This document shows positions 51,323 to 62,355 of a stretch of 64,000 nucleotides of DNA, piece by piece. The notes beneath the pieces were generated by a model, which saw only the letters and a program-made list of their open reading frames with translations, ran no database searches and was not told where the DNA came from. The DNA is taken from positions 5,861 through 69,860 of the forward strand of contig PDIP01000047.1 in NCBI GenBank assembly GCA_002811645.1, read 5' to 3'. The position numbers and the translations under genes are program-made. The number at the start of each line of letters is the position of its first letter. Position 1 is the stretch's first letter. The DNA is from Corallochytrium limacisporum Hawaii (Eukaryota; Protista; Pluriformea).

Positions 51323-53290
51323 TTACATGGCGTCGAAGTGCAACAAGTGTGCGCGTTCCTTCCTCTCCCTTTCATCTTCTTGTTTCTCTCGCACGTGCAA
51401 TATGACAATGACTATACCAACCAGCAGACAAATGACCAGCAGGGCAAGAATAATGAAGGGCAAAAAGTCGGCAGGAGTGATGAAGAGCTCAATTCTCCAG
51501 GCATCTGAGTTGCTAGCCGGGCGTGGATCCACCACCACGTGACTGTTCGGAATAATTGAGCGCAGGAGGACCGTGTTGGACTTATAGTCACCGCCAGCAT
51601 CTGTCGGACTGGTCAGCATACCAATTCCGACGTAGAACTCTTCAACGTAGTTCGGGTTGAACCCTAGACCTGCTAGATGGTTCGCCGCCGCCATTGGGGT
51701 GGCATCAAAGGAAGCACCAATGGCCAGGGCGTGACCCCTCTTCTTTCCTTTGTAGTCAGCAATGGTAAATCGCACTGTGGCACCGTAAGAAGGGTTCAGT
51801 GCAGTCCGGACGACAACCAGTTGGCTGTCCTCTTGATAGGCCTGCAGGACGTTGACATCCAGGAAGTACGCATCTCCCCTCACCGCGTTTTTCAACAGCA
51901 TCATCTGGCCAGAACCATTGGCATCCTCTGCGCCCACCAGGAGGTCGATCTGGCCGTCAGTATCTAAGTCTATGGGTGCAACTAAGGTCAGTGTACCGGT
52001 CACACTCTTAGAATCTATGACCTTCTCATTGGCCTGCAGCACGAAGGTACGGACGTCCACAGAATAATCAGTCTGTGCTGAGACATCAACCATGGTGCAG
52101 GTGTCAGTGGTAACGCCATCGCATCCTGAATTCGCAAAGTATGACACTTTGTTGTTCTCTGTGTCGATCACCAGCAGATCGCCGTATCCATCTAGGTCGA
52201 TATCCGTCAGCCGTATCCGTTGAGCATCCAATAGCCCAAGACTTGGTTGTAATGTTAGAGCATACGGGCCGACCAGCTCATAGTCTGGGTCCCTGTTGCA
52301 AAACGACTCTGGATTTCGACATCCTCTGCTGGTGATGGTGGAACATAATTCGATCTGGGCGTTCAAATACCAAACCATTCTGTCAAAGCTGGTGCACCCA
52401 TCCTCATCACTTGCATCTGCTGTGCACGCCAAGCCGACGATGTCCAAATTACCATCCCGATTCATATCGATCGCAGTTAATGGACCGAAGAATTTCATGT
52501 TGTCAGCAGTATACTCTAGCTTCTTATCAAGGGTGTACCCGCCCGCAGTTGCCCCGGAGAGCTGTCGCAACCAGACCTCTATCTGCCCCAAACTATTACT
52601 TATGACGATGTCGCTGAGACAATCACCATCGACATCGGCGTACAGGATGCTGATCATGTTACCAAGCTCGTCGCTCCCGGGGAATGGACTTACCGAGAAT
52701 TCCTTCGTGTCCGAGTTGTAGATTGCCAGCATCCGCTCCGGGCCACCATTTTGTACCGTGTTCGTGGCATTCATCCCCGTACCGTAGTAGAGCAGTCCCT
52801 GACCGCCTTCGTAGTCAATGGATGCCACAAAATCACTGGCCACTGGAATGCTCAATCCGACGCTTTCAAATGCTTCACCGCTTTTGCCTTCGTAAATATT
52901 CCACACCCGGTCAGAGTCTGGATTCTCTCCAGTCGCGGCAATTATCAGGATGTCCTCCAGACCGTCGCTGTTGTAGTCGAGGACGTGCACTCCGTAAATA
53001 TAATCATACCCATCAGGAAGATCTTCATCTGCGAGAATTTGTGTACCTGTCCGACAGAAATTTCCATCCTTGTCACCTGGACAAGTGTACAGTGCGCTGT
53101 GGGCATTGTTTGTGTAAAGAATTTCAAGGGTCCTTGTGTTTCCCGTATCCGAAAAGGCTACCGGTACTCCAGTCAATGCGTCCATCGCGCCACCGAAGGC
53201 GCCATTTTGTAGTTCAAACAGTTGTGCAGAAACAGCAGTGACTGTCACCGCTGTCTGTAGCAACGATAGTTTCAGTATCTCAGATGCCAT
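51323..53290 (-). CDS. ITFG1: T-cell immunomodulatory protein / LINKIN (FG-GAP repeat type I membrane protein)
   Basis: Signal peptide from MASEILK, FG-GAP loops (DYNSDGLEDI, DVDGDCLSDI, DMNRDGNLDI, DIDLDGYGDL), GLGFNPNYVE, IIPNS, TM helix and diagnostic tail EKQEDERERKERAHLLHFDAM. Confidence 0.93.
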   Translation of the reverse strand: MASEILKLSLLQTAVTVTAVSAQLFELQNGAFGGAMDALTGVPVAFSDTGNTRTLEILYTNNAHSALYTCPGDKDGNFCRTGTQILADEDLPDGYDYIYGVHVLDYNSDGLEDILIIAATGENPDSDRVWNIYEGKSGEAFESVGLSIPVASDFVASIDYEGGQGLLYYGTGMNATNTVQNGGPERMLAIYNSDTKEFSVSPFPGSDELGNMISILYADVDGDCLSDIVISNSLGQIEVWLRQLSGATAGGYTLDKKLEYTADNMKFFGPLTAIDMNRDGNLDIVGLACTADASDEDGCTSFDRMVWYLNAQIELCSTITSRGCRNPESFCNRDPDYELVGPYALTLQPSLGLLDAQRIRLTDIDLDGYGDLLVIDTENNKVSYFANSGCDGVTTDTCTMVDVSAQTDYSVDVRTFVLQANEKVIDSKSVTGTLTLVAPIDLDTDGQIDLLVGAEDANGSGQMMLLKNAVRGDAYFLDVNVLQAYQEDSQLVVVRTALNPSYGATVRFTIADYKGKKRGHALAIGASFDATPMAAANHLAGLGFNPNYVEEFYVGIGMLTSPTDAGGDYKSNTVLLRSIIPNSHVVVDPRPASNSDAWRIELFITPADFLPFIILALLVICLLVGIVIVILHVREKQEDERERKERAHLLHFDAM

Positions 53291-53706
53291 TGTTATGTAT
53301 TCAGAACTATTGTTCACACCTCGCCACCGGGCGCTGTTCCTGGATGAATCATTCTCCTTGAGATTCTTAACTCTTTTCACATTTACACGCACACAGTATC
53401 TCAAATTGTTCCTGTGGCAGGTGTCGATCCTGAAGAAGCTAACCAAAAACATACAATTCTGGTATGTTGTTAACGTCCTCCCGTGAACACAGAGGAACTC
53501 TTGTAGGAGCCCCCTCCGCTTAAGGGGGAGTTCAGTACAAATAGTACTGGAATGATTTTACCTGATTGTGATCCTCCGTAACGATGTAATCAAGGATTTC
53601 TTGGGGAACCCGTCCGGTTGGTTTGAGACCAGCCCTTGTATTTCTACTGTGCTAGGGAATTCTATTGTGGCATTGAAATTGGTGCTGCTTTGTCTTGCAG
53701 CATTCG

Positions 53707-55233
53707 CTACTGTCTAGCGGTTGGCGTCAAATGGAACGAGTCAATCAGTTCGCGAACGCAGGGAGTGGAATCGTTAGCCAGAAACTTGGCGATCGTGTAT
53801 CCCTTCAGATTGGAGAGGTACGGATCCGCGCCCGCGCGTAAGAACGCGGACATGATGGTGGCAAACTCCTTACCATTGGATGCGCAGCCTTCGCGATAGC
53901 TACACAGAAGATCCATGGCTGTCTCGTCATCGTTGTTTGGAAGGTTGCAGTCACTGCCAGCAGTGAGGAGAACCTTAATGACCTGAGATGCGCGGACAGA
54001 AGCAATTGTAAGCGAGAACGCATTGTTCGCTGTGTGGTGGACAATGGATGCCTGTGTGATTGGCTCACTCGAGTTGGACGGGCTACGATTAACAACGGCC
54101 TGGCACATCCAGCTCTCTATTAGCTGTTCGGTGGCAATGTGCAGCGGTGTACGACCTACGGAGTCCAATACGTTGGGATCAGCACCCTCATTGATCACGT
54201 TCTCAATGAGGAGGGGATCCACAGGGCTGATTGTCAAGAAGTGGAGCAGGTATCCACTGTACAGCTCGCGTGAAATCGGTTTGCGCACACTGTACAGGCG
54301 GTTCAGATCACTGGTGTGTGACACCAAAACCATGACAGTTTCGGGAATCAAGTTGTGCTCAGTGGAATCCGTGCTTTCTTTCTCACCAGCAAGAACTGCA
54401 AGGGCCTGAATGAGCGGAGTCTCTCCATGTCTGTTCACCGCATTGACATTGCATTCAAAGTTCTCGAGGACAAGGGCAAGATGCTCAGGCCTTCCCATAG
54501 TGGCTAGTACATGCAGTAGATTGTTCATGCTATCGTCGACAGCATGGACAGCAGCACCACGTTCCAATAGGGCAAACAAAACCGACATATCGTTGTGAGC
54601 TGTTGCAATCTGGACAGGGGGTCCATCCGTCGACGGCTCATTGATGTCAAATCCTGCATCCAGAAGCATATCTATGATGTCTACTTTCCCTGAGGCAACC
54701 GCAAAGTGCAGAGCAGTCGGAGGTGCACTGCGTTTTTCCGGCTGACTGTTCTGCCTGGCCACCTGCGCCTGCGGCCGTAACTGTTGTTGAGTTCTGGAGG
54801 AGCCCTCGTTCGCGTGCGGGTTCGGCCCCGCCGCACCCGCTGCTATCAAGGTTTCTACGATACCCTCTGATCCTAGTTTTGCTGCCATGCACAAAGCCGC
54901 GTTGCCCGAGCACAAGCCATCTAACTGTGTGTATTGTTGACCTCGGCTATTGTTGGCCCACAAGGCATGGGCCTGGCCTTGGGCTAATTCCTGAACTAAT
55001 CGCAGGCCATCCCCTGCGCACACTGCATCCTGAACTTTGCTAAGCGAGTACGATCCTGCAAACAGTTCCTGTAATTCCGGCAGCAGGGCCTCCTGTACAT
55101 CTTCCAATAGCTTTGAACCTACTGAGCTACTACTGTTCGCTGGGCTAACGGACGGTATTAACGACCCATACGTGCTGGACTCAGACGCAGTCTGGCTCGC
55201 TAAGTGCTTTTCCGTATCTGTTAGAGTTGTCAT
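53707..55233 (-). CDS. Ankyrin-repeat protein
   Basis: Repeated ANK motifs (TALHFAVASG, GETPLIQA, GADPNVLDSVGRTPLHIA, AGADP). Confidence 0.85.
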   Translation of the reverse strand: MTTLTDTEKHLASQTASESSTYGSLIPSVSPANSSSSVGSKLLEDVQEALLPELQELFAGSYSLSKVQDAVCAGDGLRLVQELAQGQAHALWANNSRGQQYTQLDGLCSGNAALCMAAKLGSEGIVETLIAAGAAGPNPHANEGSSRTQQQLRPQAQVARQNSQPEKRSAPPTALHFAVASGKVDIIDMLLDAGFDINEPSTDGPPVQIATAHNDMSVLFALLERGAAVHAVDDSMNNLLHVLATMGRPEHLALVLENFECNVNAVNRHGETPLIQALAVLAGEKESTDSTEHNLIPETVMVLVSHTSDLNRLYSVRKPISRELYSGYLLHFLTISPVDPLLIENVINEGADPNVLDSVGRTPLHIATEQLIESWMCQAVVNRSPSNSSEPITQASIVHHTANNAFSLTIASVRASQVIKVLLTAGSDCNLPNNDDETAMDLLCSYREGCASNGKEFATIMSAFLRAGADPYLSNLKGYTIAKFLANDSTPCVRELIDSFHLTPTARQ

Positions 55234-55773
55234 TGTGTTCGATATTTACGTATTTCTTTACATTGTACGAGTCCCAAAAATGCCTATAGCCCGAGGGCTT
55301 CGTGATGAGTGTGTTATCCAATCTCTGAGAATCACTTTCACGGAAGGAAGTTACAAGAACACGTGTCGCTCTACAACCTCTGATCGTGTAAGTAGCTGGA
55401 CTCTCTCCCAATCTCATAGCACTACCCAGGGGGCGTCACATGGCTTCGGCAAACCTACTGGGATGCCACTAATCGACCCTAGCCAAAGATGATCCGACTC
55501 CTCGGTCGAACTGTCCGTCTCGACAGTGTCCTACGGCAACAAATGACACACACCCCCACACAGACGTCCTGCAGTGTACGTGTACGTGTACGTGTGTACA
55601 ATCTCTTCCCCTGCACGGGGACTGATTTTCACCGCTCACCGACAACAGCCTTGCGCTTGTAGGTAGTGCCCTCCTGATATCGTGAAGCCTTTGCAGCAGC
55701 ACACACAGGAGCGAGAGAGCAAGCAGCAGCGGGAGCAGCACTGGGGAATAAAGAGAGTGGGTGGGACGGTGGG

Positions 55774-56057
55774 NNNNNNNNNNNNNNNNNNNNNNNNNNN
55801 NNNNNNNNNNNNNNNNNNNNNNNNNNNNNNNNNNNNNNNNNNNNNNNNNNNNNNNNNNNNNNNNNNNNNNNNNNNNNNNNNNNNNNNNNNNNNNNNNNNN
55901 NNNNNNNNNNNNNNNNNNNNNNNNNNNNNNNNNNNNNNNNNNNNNNNNNNNNNNNNNNNNNNNNNNNNNNNNNNNNNNNNNNNNNNNNNNNNNNNNNNNN
56001 NNNNNNNNNNNNNNNNNNNNNNNNNNNNNNNNNNNNNNNNNNNNNNNNNNNNNNNNN
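55774..56057. other. Assembly gap (N run)
   Basis: 284 Ns flanked by G-rich sequence. Confidence 0.99.
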
Positions 56058-58929
56058 GGAGGGAGGAGGGCACACAGCGCAAAACGAAAGTGTACCTTTC
56101 CGCATATCACAGTGAGACAAATGGAGAGGGGGAAAGGCAGTGGACGGGCAGGCTCATGGTTATTGGCCCGCATGGAATGAGCCAGCTTGAAAAAAAAAAA
56201 AAAGAAAGGGAACGAAAGCAACGAAGAACAAAAAAAAAGGGAGAAAAATATGGGACCTCAACCCAGAAGTGGGCGGGCGGATATGGTGCCTTTGAGTGGA
56301 ATTGACGAAACACAGTGGGTACCCACTATTTTTTTGTTGCAAAATTGAATATGTGTTCGTCCCTTCCCTCTCCTCCTCCTCCCTACCCCCCCCATTGCTC
56401 ACTCTTTCCAAAGGCGGCGACCTTGTCACCTCCGTTGGAAATCACATGTCTGGCAAAGGAAAAGCCAAAAGCAGAGTTACCTTTCGTTGTGTTGATCCAG
56501 GAATGCAGAGGGGGGGAGGGGACGTAAAAAAGAGGTGGGGGGGAGGGGGGAAGCGTGAGCGACAGGAGACTCGTCTTTGAGAAATCCCCCCCCTCCCCCC
56601 AGGAGGAGCACTGCCGGGCACATGCGATACGCAGTCTAGGACGACGCGGAGCAAATTATACACATTGACGAGGTTTTGCAGTAGTTGATGAATGGACACG
56701 GTGCAAGCCCAGACGCAGGAAGCGAGAATTATTGGTTGCATTCCTTTCTTTCCACTCTTTCGCTGTCCTGTTCTTTTTTTTTTTGCGCAGTGTGTAGAAA
56801 GAACACAGCAAAGAGTTGCCTCAGCAATTTCAAAGCGCCATCGCTACATCGCCATACAGGGGAGGGTTCACGGCGCGACTTACGGCGCTCCAAAGGCTGT
56901 GTGGGGTGTGGGCCTCTAACCCGTCCCCCTTCCCCACACCCGCACCAGCCAACAGAGCACACTAAATTCCGACCGCAAGATGCAGTCCATGTGGGCACAT
57001 ACACGTCTGAAAATATTCAGGGCCTGGAAATTTCCCTTGATATCATCGAACGCCTGAAAAAAATTACAAAGATTTCTAACGGAGACTTGGGGGGGGGGGG
57101 GAGGGGTTGTTCCTGGTGCTCGGTTGGGTGCGGAGGGGCTTGGGTTCGTGGGTTCGTTCTCCCGACCCCTGCGCTTTTCTCTTTTTCCTTTGGCAGAAGC
57201 CAATTTTTTTTCTTGTTCTTGAACTGTGCCGCAAACACGGGTGACTGACTGCTTCGCTTGACCGCAGGCGCTCGCTGCAAAACCTGGTAGTAGAGTTTCA
57301 GCCTTCCTCCCCCCCCGGGGGGGGGGGGGGACCGCCATTACGCACTTTGGGAAAAGGAACAGAAAGAAGAGCAATCAACCCAACCCACTCTTCCGTCTGA
57401 GTTTGTTTTAAGTTGTACCACCTGCGCACAATTATTTATTTATGCGTAGTTGCCCCAGTACTGCCTCCCAAGGGGGGCACCCAGGCACGAAACGCAGGGG
57501 ATTGCAATGCGGACACTTGTCAACAGCACCACAACAGCAAGCCGCGAGAGGTGTCCCGCAAAAAAAAGGGGAAGGTTAAGAACCAGAAAAGAACACCAGA
57601 GTTTTTGAGAGAGGGACTGGCCAAGGGCGTCAAACTAAAGCAATAAAAAAAAAGGAGAAGAAAAAGCCGAATGGCCAAAAAGAAAAGAAATAAACCAAGG
57701 GGGGAGTGGGGGGCCGAAAGGAGCGAAGGGGGGGGGAGGGCAACGGAACCTCCGCACTACTAGGGGTATCCTGCTGCTCATTATAGCTGGCTGCGCTTGT
57801 GTTGGTTGCTCCAAAAACGGTTGGCACGCGCTGGTTTTTCCTGCAAAACAGCAAGTCCACTTTCTTAAAAAGCGCAAAAATGGACCAAAAAACAGTAAGG
57901 TACAGGAAGAACGACTCGCAGGGCTTGTTAGATTACGGTGACCGGCGATGTCGAATGTTTCCCATGCGAGACCCCCCCTGACTGCGAAGATTGTATGTTG
58001 CTAGTGCGATTAGACATTGAACATGCTGGTGATATTGCATGCTGTATTATAGTATTATTAGAGTCTCCTTCAGCCCTGGTTGGATGTGTGTGTCACGGTC
58101 AAATGCACTACAGAAAATGATGAGCCAAAGATACACCCCCGCACCCTAACCCGCAGCACACACAGTCTCTGGTTTGGCGTCGGATGGGGTAGGGAAAACG
58201 CGTACAAATACTATGTCATTTACGAAAGGAACTTCACCCCTCTTGCATTCTGCTGGACTACCGGGAACGAAGAAAGCAAAAAGTCAGCCCCGGCAGACCG
58301 CACGAATGCCATATTCCACGACCGGCCTTTTTCTTTTTTTTTTACTCCACCCTCACCTCAATTCCTTCTCTTGCGTTTTCCTTGCGTCGTTTCCACGTCG
58401 TTGGGCACTGGTTTTGTACCGTTCTTGGGTCCCCCTTTCATCCTTCAAGAATGTCCAACACACGACGAAACGAAGTGATTGTCGGGGCCGCATTTTGGTC
58501 GCTGGAGAAATATCCGCCAGTGCACTGGTTACTCCGGAGGGTTGGGTGTCAGTTTTGCATTCACTGCGGTGGAGGAGAGCCGAAGACGCAAATTTGACAG
58601 ATTCGAGGAAAGAAAGTGGGCGGGCACCAGGACAAAAACAAAGGAAATGAAAACCCCGGAGAGGAAAGAAAGTGCGTGCGGACGCTCTCGGTCGGAGCAC
58701 ACAGGACAGAGTGGGCTGCAGTTACTTGGCTGTTTACCTGCCTACGTTTGAACCCTGGCGGCTCACACCCACTCTCTCTCACTCTCTCTCTCTCTCTGCG
58801 TCAATTTCCTTTTCGTCTCCGTCCTAAGACGTGCGGAATTTTGGGAAAAAGAAGAGACTTTGGCAAATCAGAGTTTTCCTTTTATTTTTCTTGCAGGGCT
58901 TGCAGCGGAAACTTGCGGTTGGAAGGGGG

Positions 58930-59134
58930 NNNNNNNNNNNNNNNNNNNNNNNNNNNNNNNNNNNNNNNNNNNNNNNNNNNNNNNNNNNNNNNNNNNNNNN
59001 NNNNNNNNNNNNNNNNNNNNNNNNNNNNNNNNNNNNNNNNNNNNNNNNNNNNNNNNNNNNNNNNNNNNNNNNNNNNNNNNNNNNNNNNNNNNNNNNNNNN
59101 NNNNNNNNNNNNNNNNNNNNNNNNNNNNNNNNNN
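58930..59134. other. Assembly gap (N run)
   Basis: 205 Ns flanked by G runs on both sides. Confidence 0.99.
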
Positions 59135-60432
59135 GGGGGGGAGTCTGCTTATGTTCGGCCTCACGCGCGACCTGGCTGCACAGTTCGTTCGTTCTGCTTC
59201 GCACCTCTCTCTCTCTCTTAATCTCTCTCAACCCTTTTTTTTCCTTATTTCTATTTCTTTCGCTGTTTTCCCATTTCTAAGCGTCATGCACCGCTGACGA
59301 TTCTCAGTCTTCTTTCCAACCGGCTTCAGTGTTTGCTCGCAAATGTTTCTGTTTGCGGTTACGCGATCATATTCCAAGTGACCGCAGAGAGAATGTGTTC
59401 AGTATGAACCCATGAACACACAAGCCTCACACATCACAGGCACGCCTTCCGATTCGTGTACTTCCTTTTTCACCGTGTCCGGACTCTTCCTCCCATGTTC
59501 CCAGTTTTAACTCTAGCTCTATAGTAAAACAGTAGAAGAAAACAGTGGTCAAAAAAAAAACAGAAAAAATGGGTCGGGTTGGTCAGGGGCTGCGAGCTTC
59601 ATGGTGGTGGTCTCCAAGAGACAAGTGCCAACTCCAACACTGCGGTCAAGCTTGGCGGGCAGCGGAGAAATAAATTCGCGGAGAGGGAGCGAGAGAGAGA
59701 GAGAGAGAGCCACAAGAAAAAAAAAATAAGCAAACAAAGCAGTCAGAGAAAATTGAGTTCGATGGCCCACAACGCGCCTGTTCACCTGTACCCGTGGGCA
59801 GGGCAGCTTAGCCAGCCTTTTTGTACGAACCGTTCCTGATCTTTATGACCATTCTGGAGGTTTTACAGGTCCTCCTCCCGGACGACGGGGCCGGGGACGC
59901 ACGACCATGGCGAGTGATCTGCAGACTTTAGACCTGAAAGTTTTTTGATCATCTCTGTCGATGATCATCATCTCGGGTCCCCGGGGGACGGGGGTACTCG
60001 TCCTGCCTTCCTGTTCTGGCACAAATAGGGAAACTGAGCGAGTCCCCACACGACTACCTCGCGCGTTGGAATGCCATCGATCAACCGCGGAGATCCTCAA
60101 GCTGTCAATAGTTCTACACCTGATTTTTCTAACGCCTTTCCCGATCGGTCAGTTGGATAGGAAAAACTACCAAAGCTTGAGGGAGCGCACGGTGGCCTCC
60201 TGCGAAAAACGTTCTCCCTCCTTCGCTCTCTCCAGAGCAGCGGGGTGTAAGTGGGACAGCCGTGAGTTGGGGGAGTCTATTTTAATGGGCACTGCAAAGC
60301 GCACTCGTCCAAGCGGATGAGACGGAGAACGACAGACAGTGGCAGGTCATGGCGCAGTCCTACGATATGATGACGTACAGATATATTTTGATGTACAGAT
60401 GGATGGATGAGACTATGCGGTCCATGCAGTGA

Positions 60433-62355
60433 CTAACTGAAAGGTGATGGACGACCCACTGATGGCAAAACTCCGGGACTCCTACCTAGACCTTTGGATG
60501 GCGAGGTACTGCCAATCATCGGCAAACCGCCGGCTTGCATGGGTTGCGGAGGCGGTAGACCGTACCTGTTGCCACCATGGTCAAGATTTTGTTTGGATCG
60601 GTACACGGGCAGCTGAGATTTGCTACTGTTGATGCCGGGGGCGCCCAGAGGTTGCAGTCCTTTGGTGCCAGCTCCGTCGCCGCGGCCAATACGTGGTAAC
60701 TTTGCATTGTGGGTATTGTCGGTGGAATGTGGTACACTATCTCTGGCCCAGGAGCCTGTCACAAAGGGTGCTGGTAAGCCCGTAGACCCCTTGTGAGTGT
60801 TGTGATTACGGAATGGTGTCTTGTCTTCAACACTAGCGCCTTCAAGGAGGCTAATGAGGCCATCAGTGCCATCAGGCAGACTGTTGTTGCTTGCCCTTCG
60901 GTGCGCTCCGTACGGGTGACTCTGGTGATCCCTGTGGCTTGGCATGTGTTTCTTGGTGGCCCGTGATGGGAATGCATTCTCCTTCTGCTGTTTGGCTAAC
61001 GTCGCATGGCTTGTAAAGCCACTTCCACCGAAGGCAGACTTTTGAATCGTTGGCGCTGGCCCGTCTGTGTACGTCTGGGCAAAGAATCCTCGCTTTTGCG
61101 GGGAGACATTCAGTTTGTTCTGAGTTCCCTTGTCGTGACTCAAGCGGCGATGCAACACTGGTTCCCAGGCCTCCTTGGGATTGAATGGATTATTCTTCGA
61201 TGGGGATAGGTATGCCACAGGCTCTCTCGTCCCAGCCCTATCACCTTCAGCGGCAAGCCTCCCAGACGAACGGTGGGTACTATCACGTTCTTGGCCAATC
61301 TGCTTGCTGTGGTGATGCGTTCGTTGTCCTCGAGTATTGATTGAGAATTCCGATGTAGCATTGTGCAGTCCACCAGCTTGCTGCTGATGACGGAATGTCA
61401 CACTGGGCTGCTGACGCTGCCGGTCGTGCTGATGTTGGTGGCGCTGTGCCAGGGTCGTCTTCGGTGACTTTTGTGACGCATCAGGCATACCGGGGATACC
61501 CACTCGGAAGAATGGGAACTGGAGGCAGCGGCTAGCACTCGGACGCTGAGCAGGGTTCCACATCAAGGTAGCTTCCAGCAACTCCAGAGCCGCGGGGCTT
61601 GCCATCGGTAGAATTGTTTTCAGTGGTGTGCTAACCATGTCTGGCATGCGAAAATTCATGGCCGCTGCCAGTCGGTGACCGTCGGGCCAGTCCCCCCGGC
61701 TCGGGGGCCCCAGAACTGATATGATCTTGTAGATCTCGTCGATCTCTGAACTTCCCGGAAATAAAGGTCGCAAGCTGAAGAGCTCAGCCATGATGCCTCC
61801 CATGGCCCATATATCAATTGGGCTGTTGTATGTTGTTGCTCTCAATAACACTTCGGGTGCCCGATACCAGCGGGTGCTAACATAGTCTGTAAACGGCGGC
61901 CGTGAACGAATTTCGCGGGCCAGGCCAAAATCTGCGATCTTCACAACGTCCTTCGCGCAGAGAAGATTTTCTGGCTTGAGATCGCGATGAAAGAAGCCCT
62001 GTCGATGCATGTACGCTAAACCTTGGAACACTTGATAGATAATGTTCCGTACTGTGGCTTCCGGGAACAGTTTCTTTCGGTCTTTCATCACCTCGTAGAG
62101 ATTTGAGTCCATGTATTCGAAAATGAAATGTAATTCATCGCTTTCCCGAATGACTTCCTTCAACTTAACGATATTTGGATGGTTCAATTTCTTTAAACTT
62201 TTGACCTCCCGTAATGACATACACTCCTCCCAATTGTAGAATTTCTTTTTCATCTTCTTTACGGCAACAAGGTCTCCCGTCTCAACATTTCGTGCGGATA
62301 GTACGGTACCATAGGTACCATCACCTAGCTCTTTGACAGTCTTGTACCGATGCAT
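60433..62355 (-). CDS. MAK: MAK/ICK (CILK1)-family CMGC kinase
   Basis: [72 protein letters not shown] (TDY activation loop), long disordered C-tail. Confidence 0.93.
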   Translation of the reverse strand: MHRYKTVKELGDGTYGTVLSARNVETGDLVAVKKMKKKFYNWEECMSLREVKSLKKLNHPNIVKLKEVIRESDELHFIFEYMDSNLYEVMKDRKKLFPEATVRNIIYQVFQGLAYMHRQGFFHRDLKPENLLCAKDVVKIADFGLAREIRSRPPFTDYVSTRWYRAPEVLLRATTYNSPIDIWAMGGIMAELFSLRPLFPGSSEIDEIYKIISVLGPPSRGDWPDGHRLAAAMNFRMPDMVSTPLKTILPMASPAALELLEATLMWNPAQRPSASRCLQFPFFRVGIPGMPDASQKSPKTTLAQRHQHQHDRQRQQPSVTFRHQQQAGGLHNATSEFSINTRGQRTHHHSKQIGQERDSTHRSSGRLAAEGDRAGTREPVAYLSPSKNNPFNPKEAWEPVLHRRLSHDKGTQNKLNVSPQKRGFFAQTYTDGPAPTIQKSAFGGSGFTSHATLAKQQKENAFPSRATKKHMPSHRDHQSHPYGAHRRASNNSLPDGTDGLISLLEGASVEDKTPFRNHNTHKGSTGLPAPFVTGSWARDSVPHSTDNTHNAKLPRIGRGDGAGTKGLQPLGAPGINSSKSQLPVYRSKQNLDHGGNRYGLPPPQPMQAGGLPMIGSTSPSKGLGRSPGVLPSVGRPSPFS

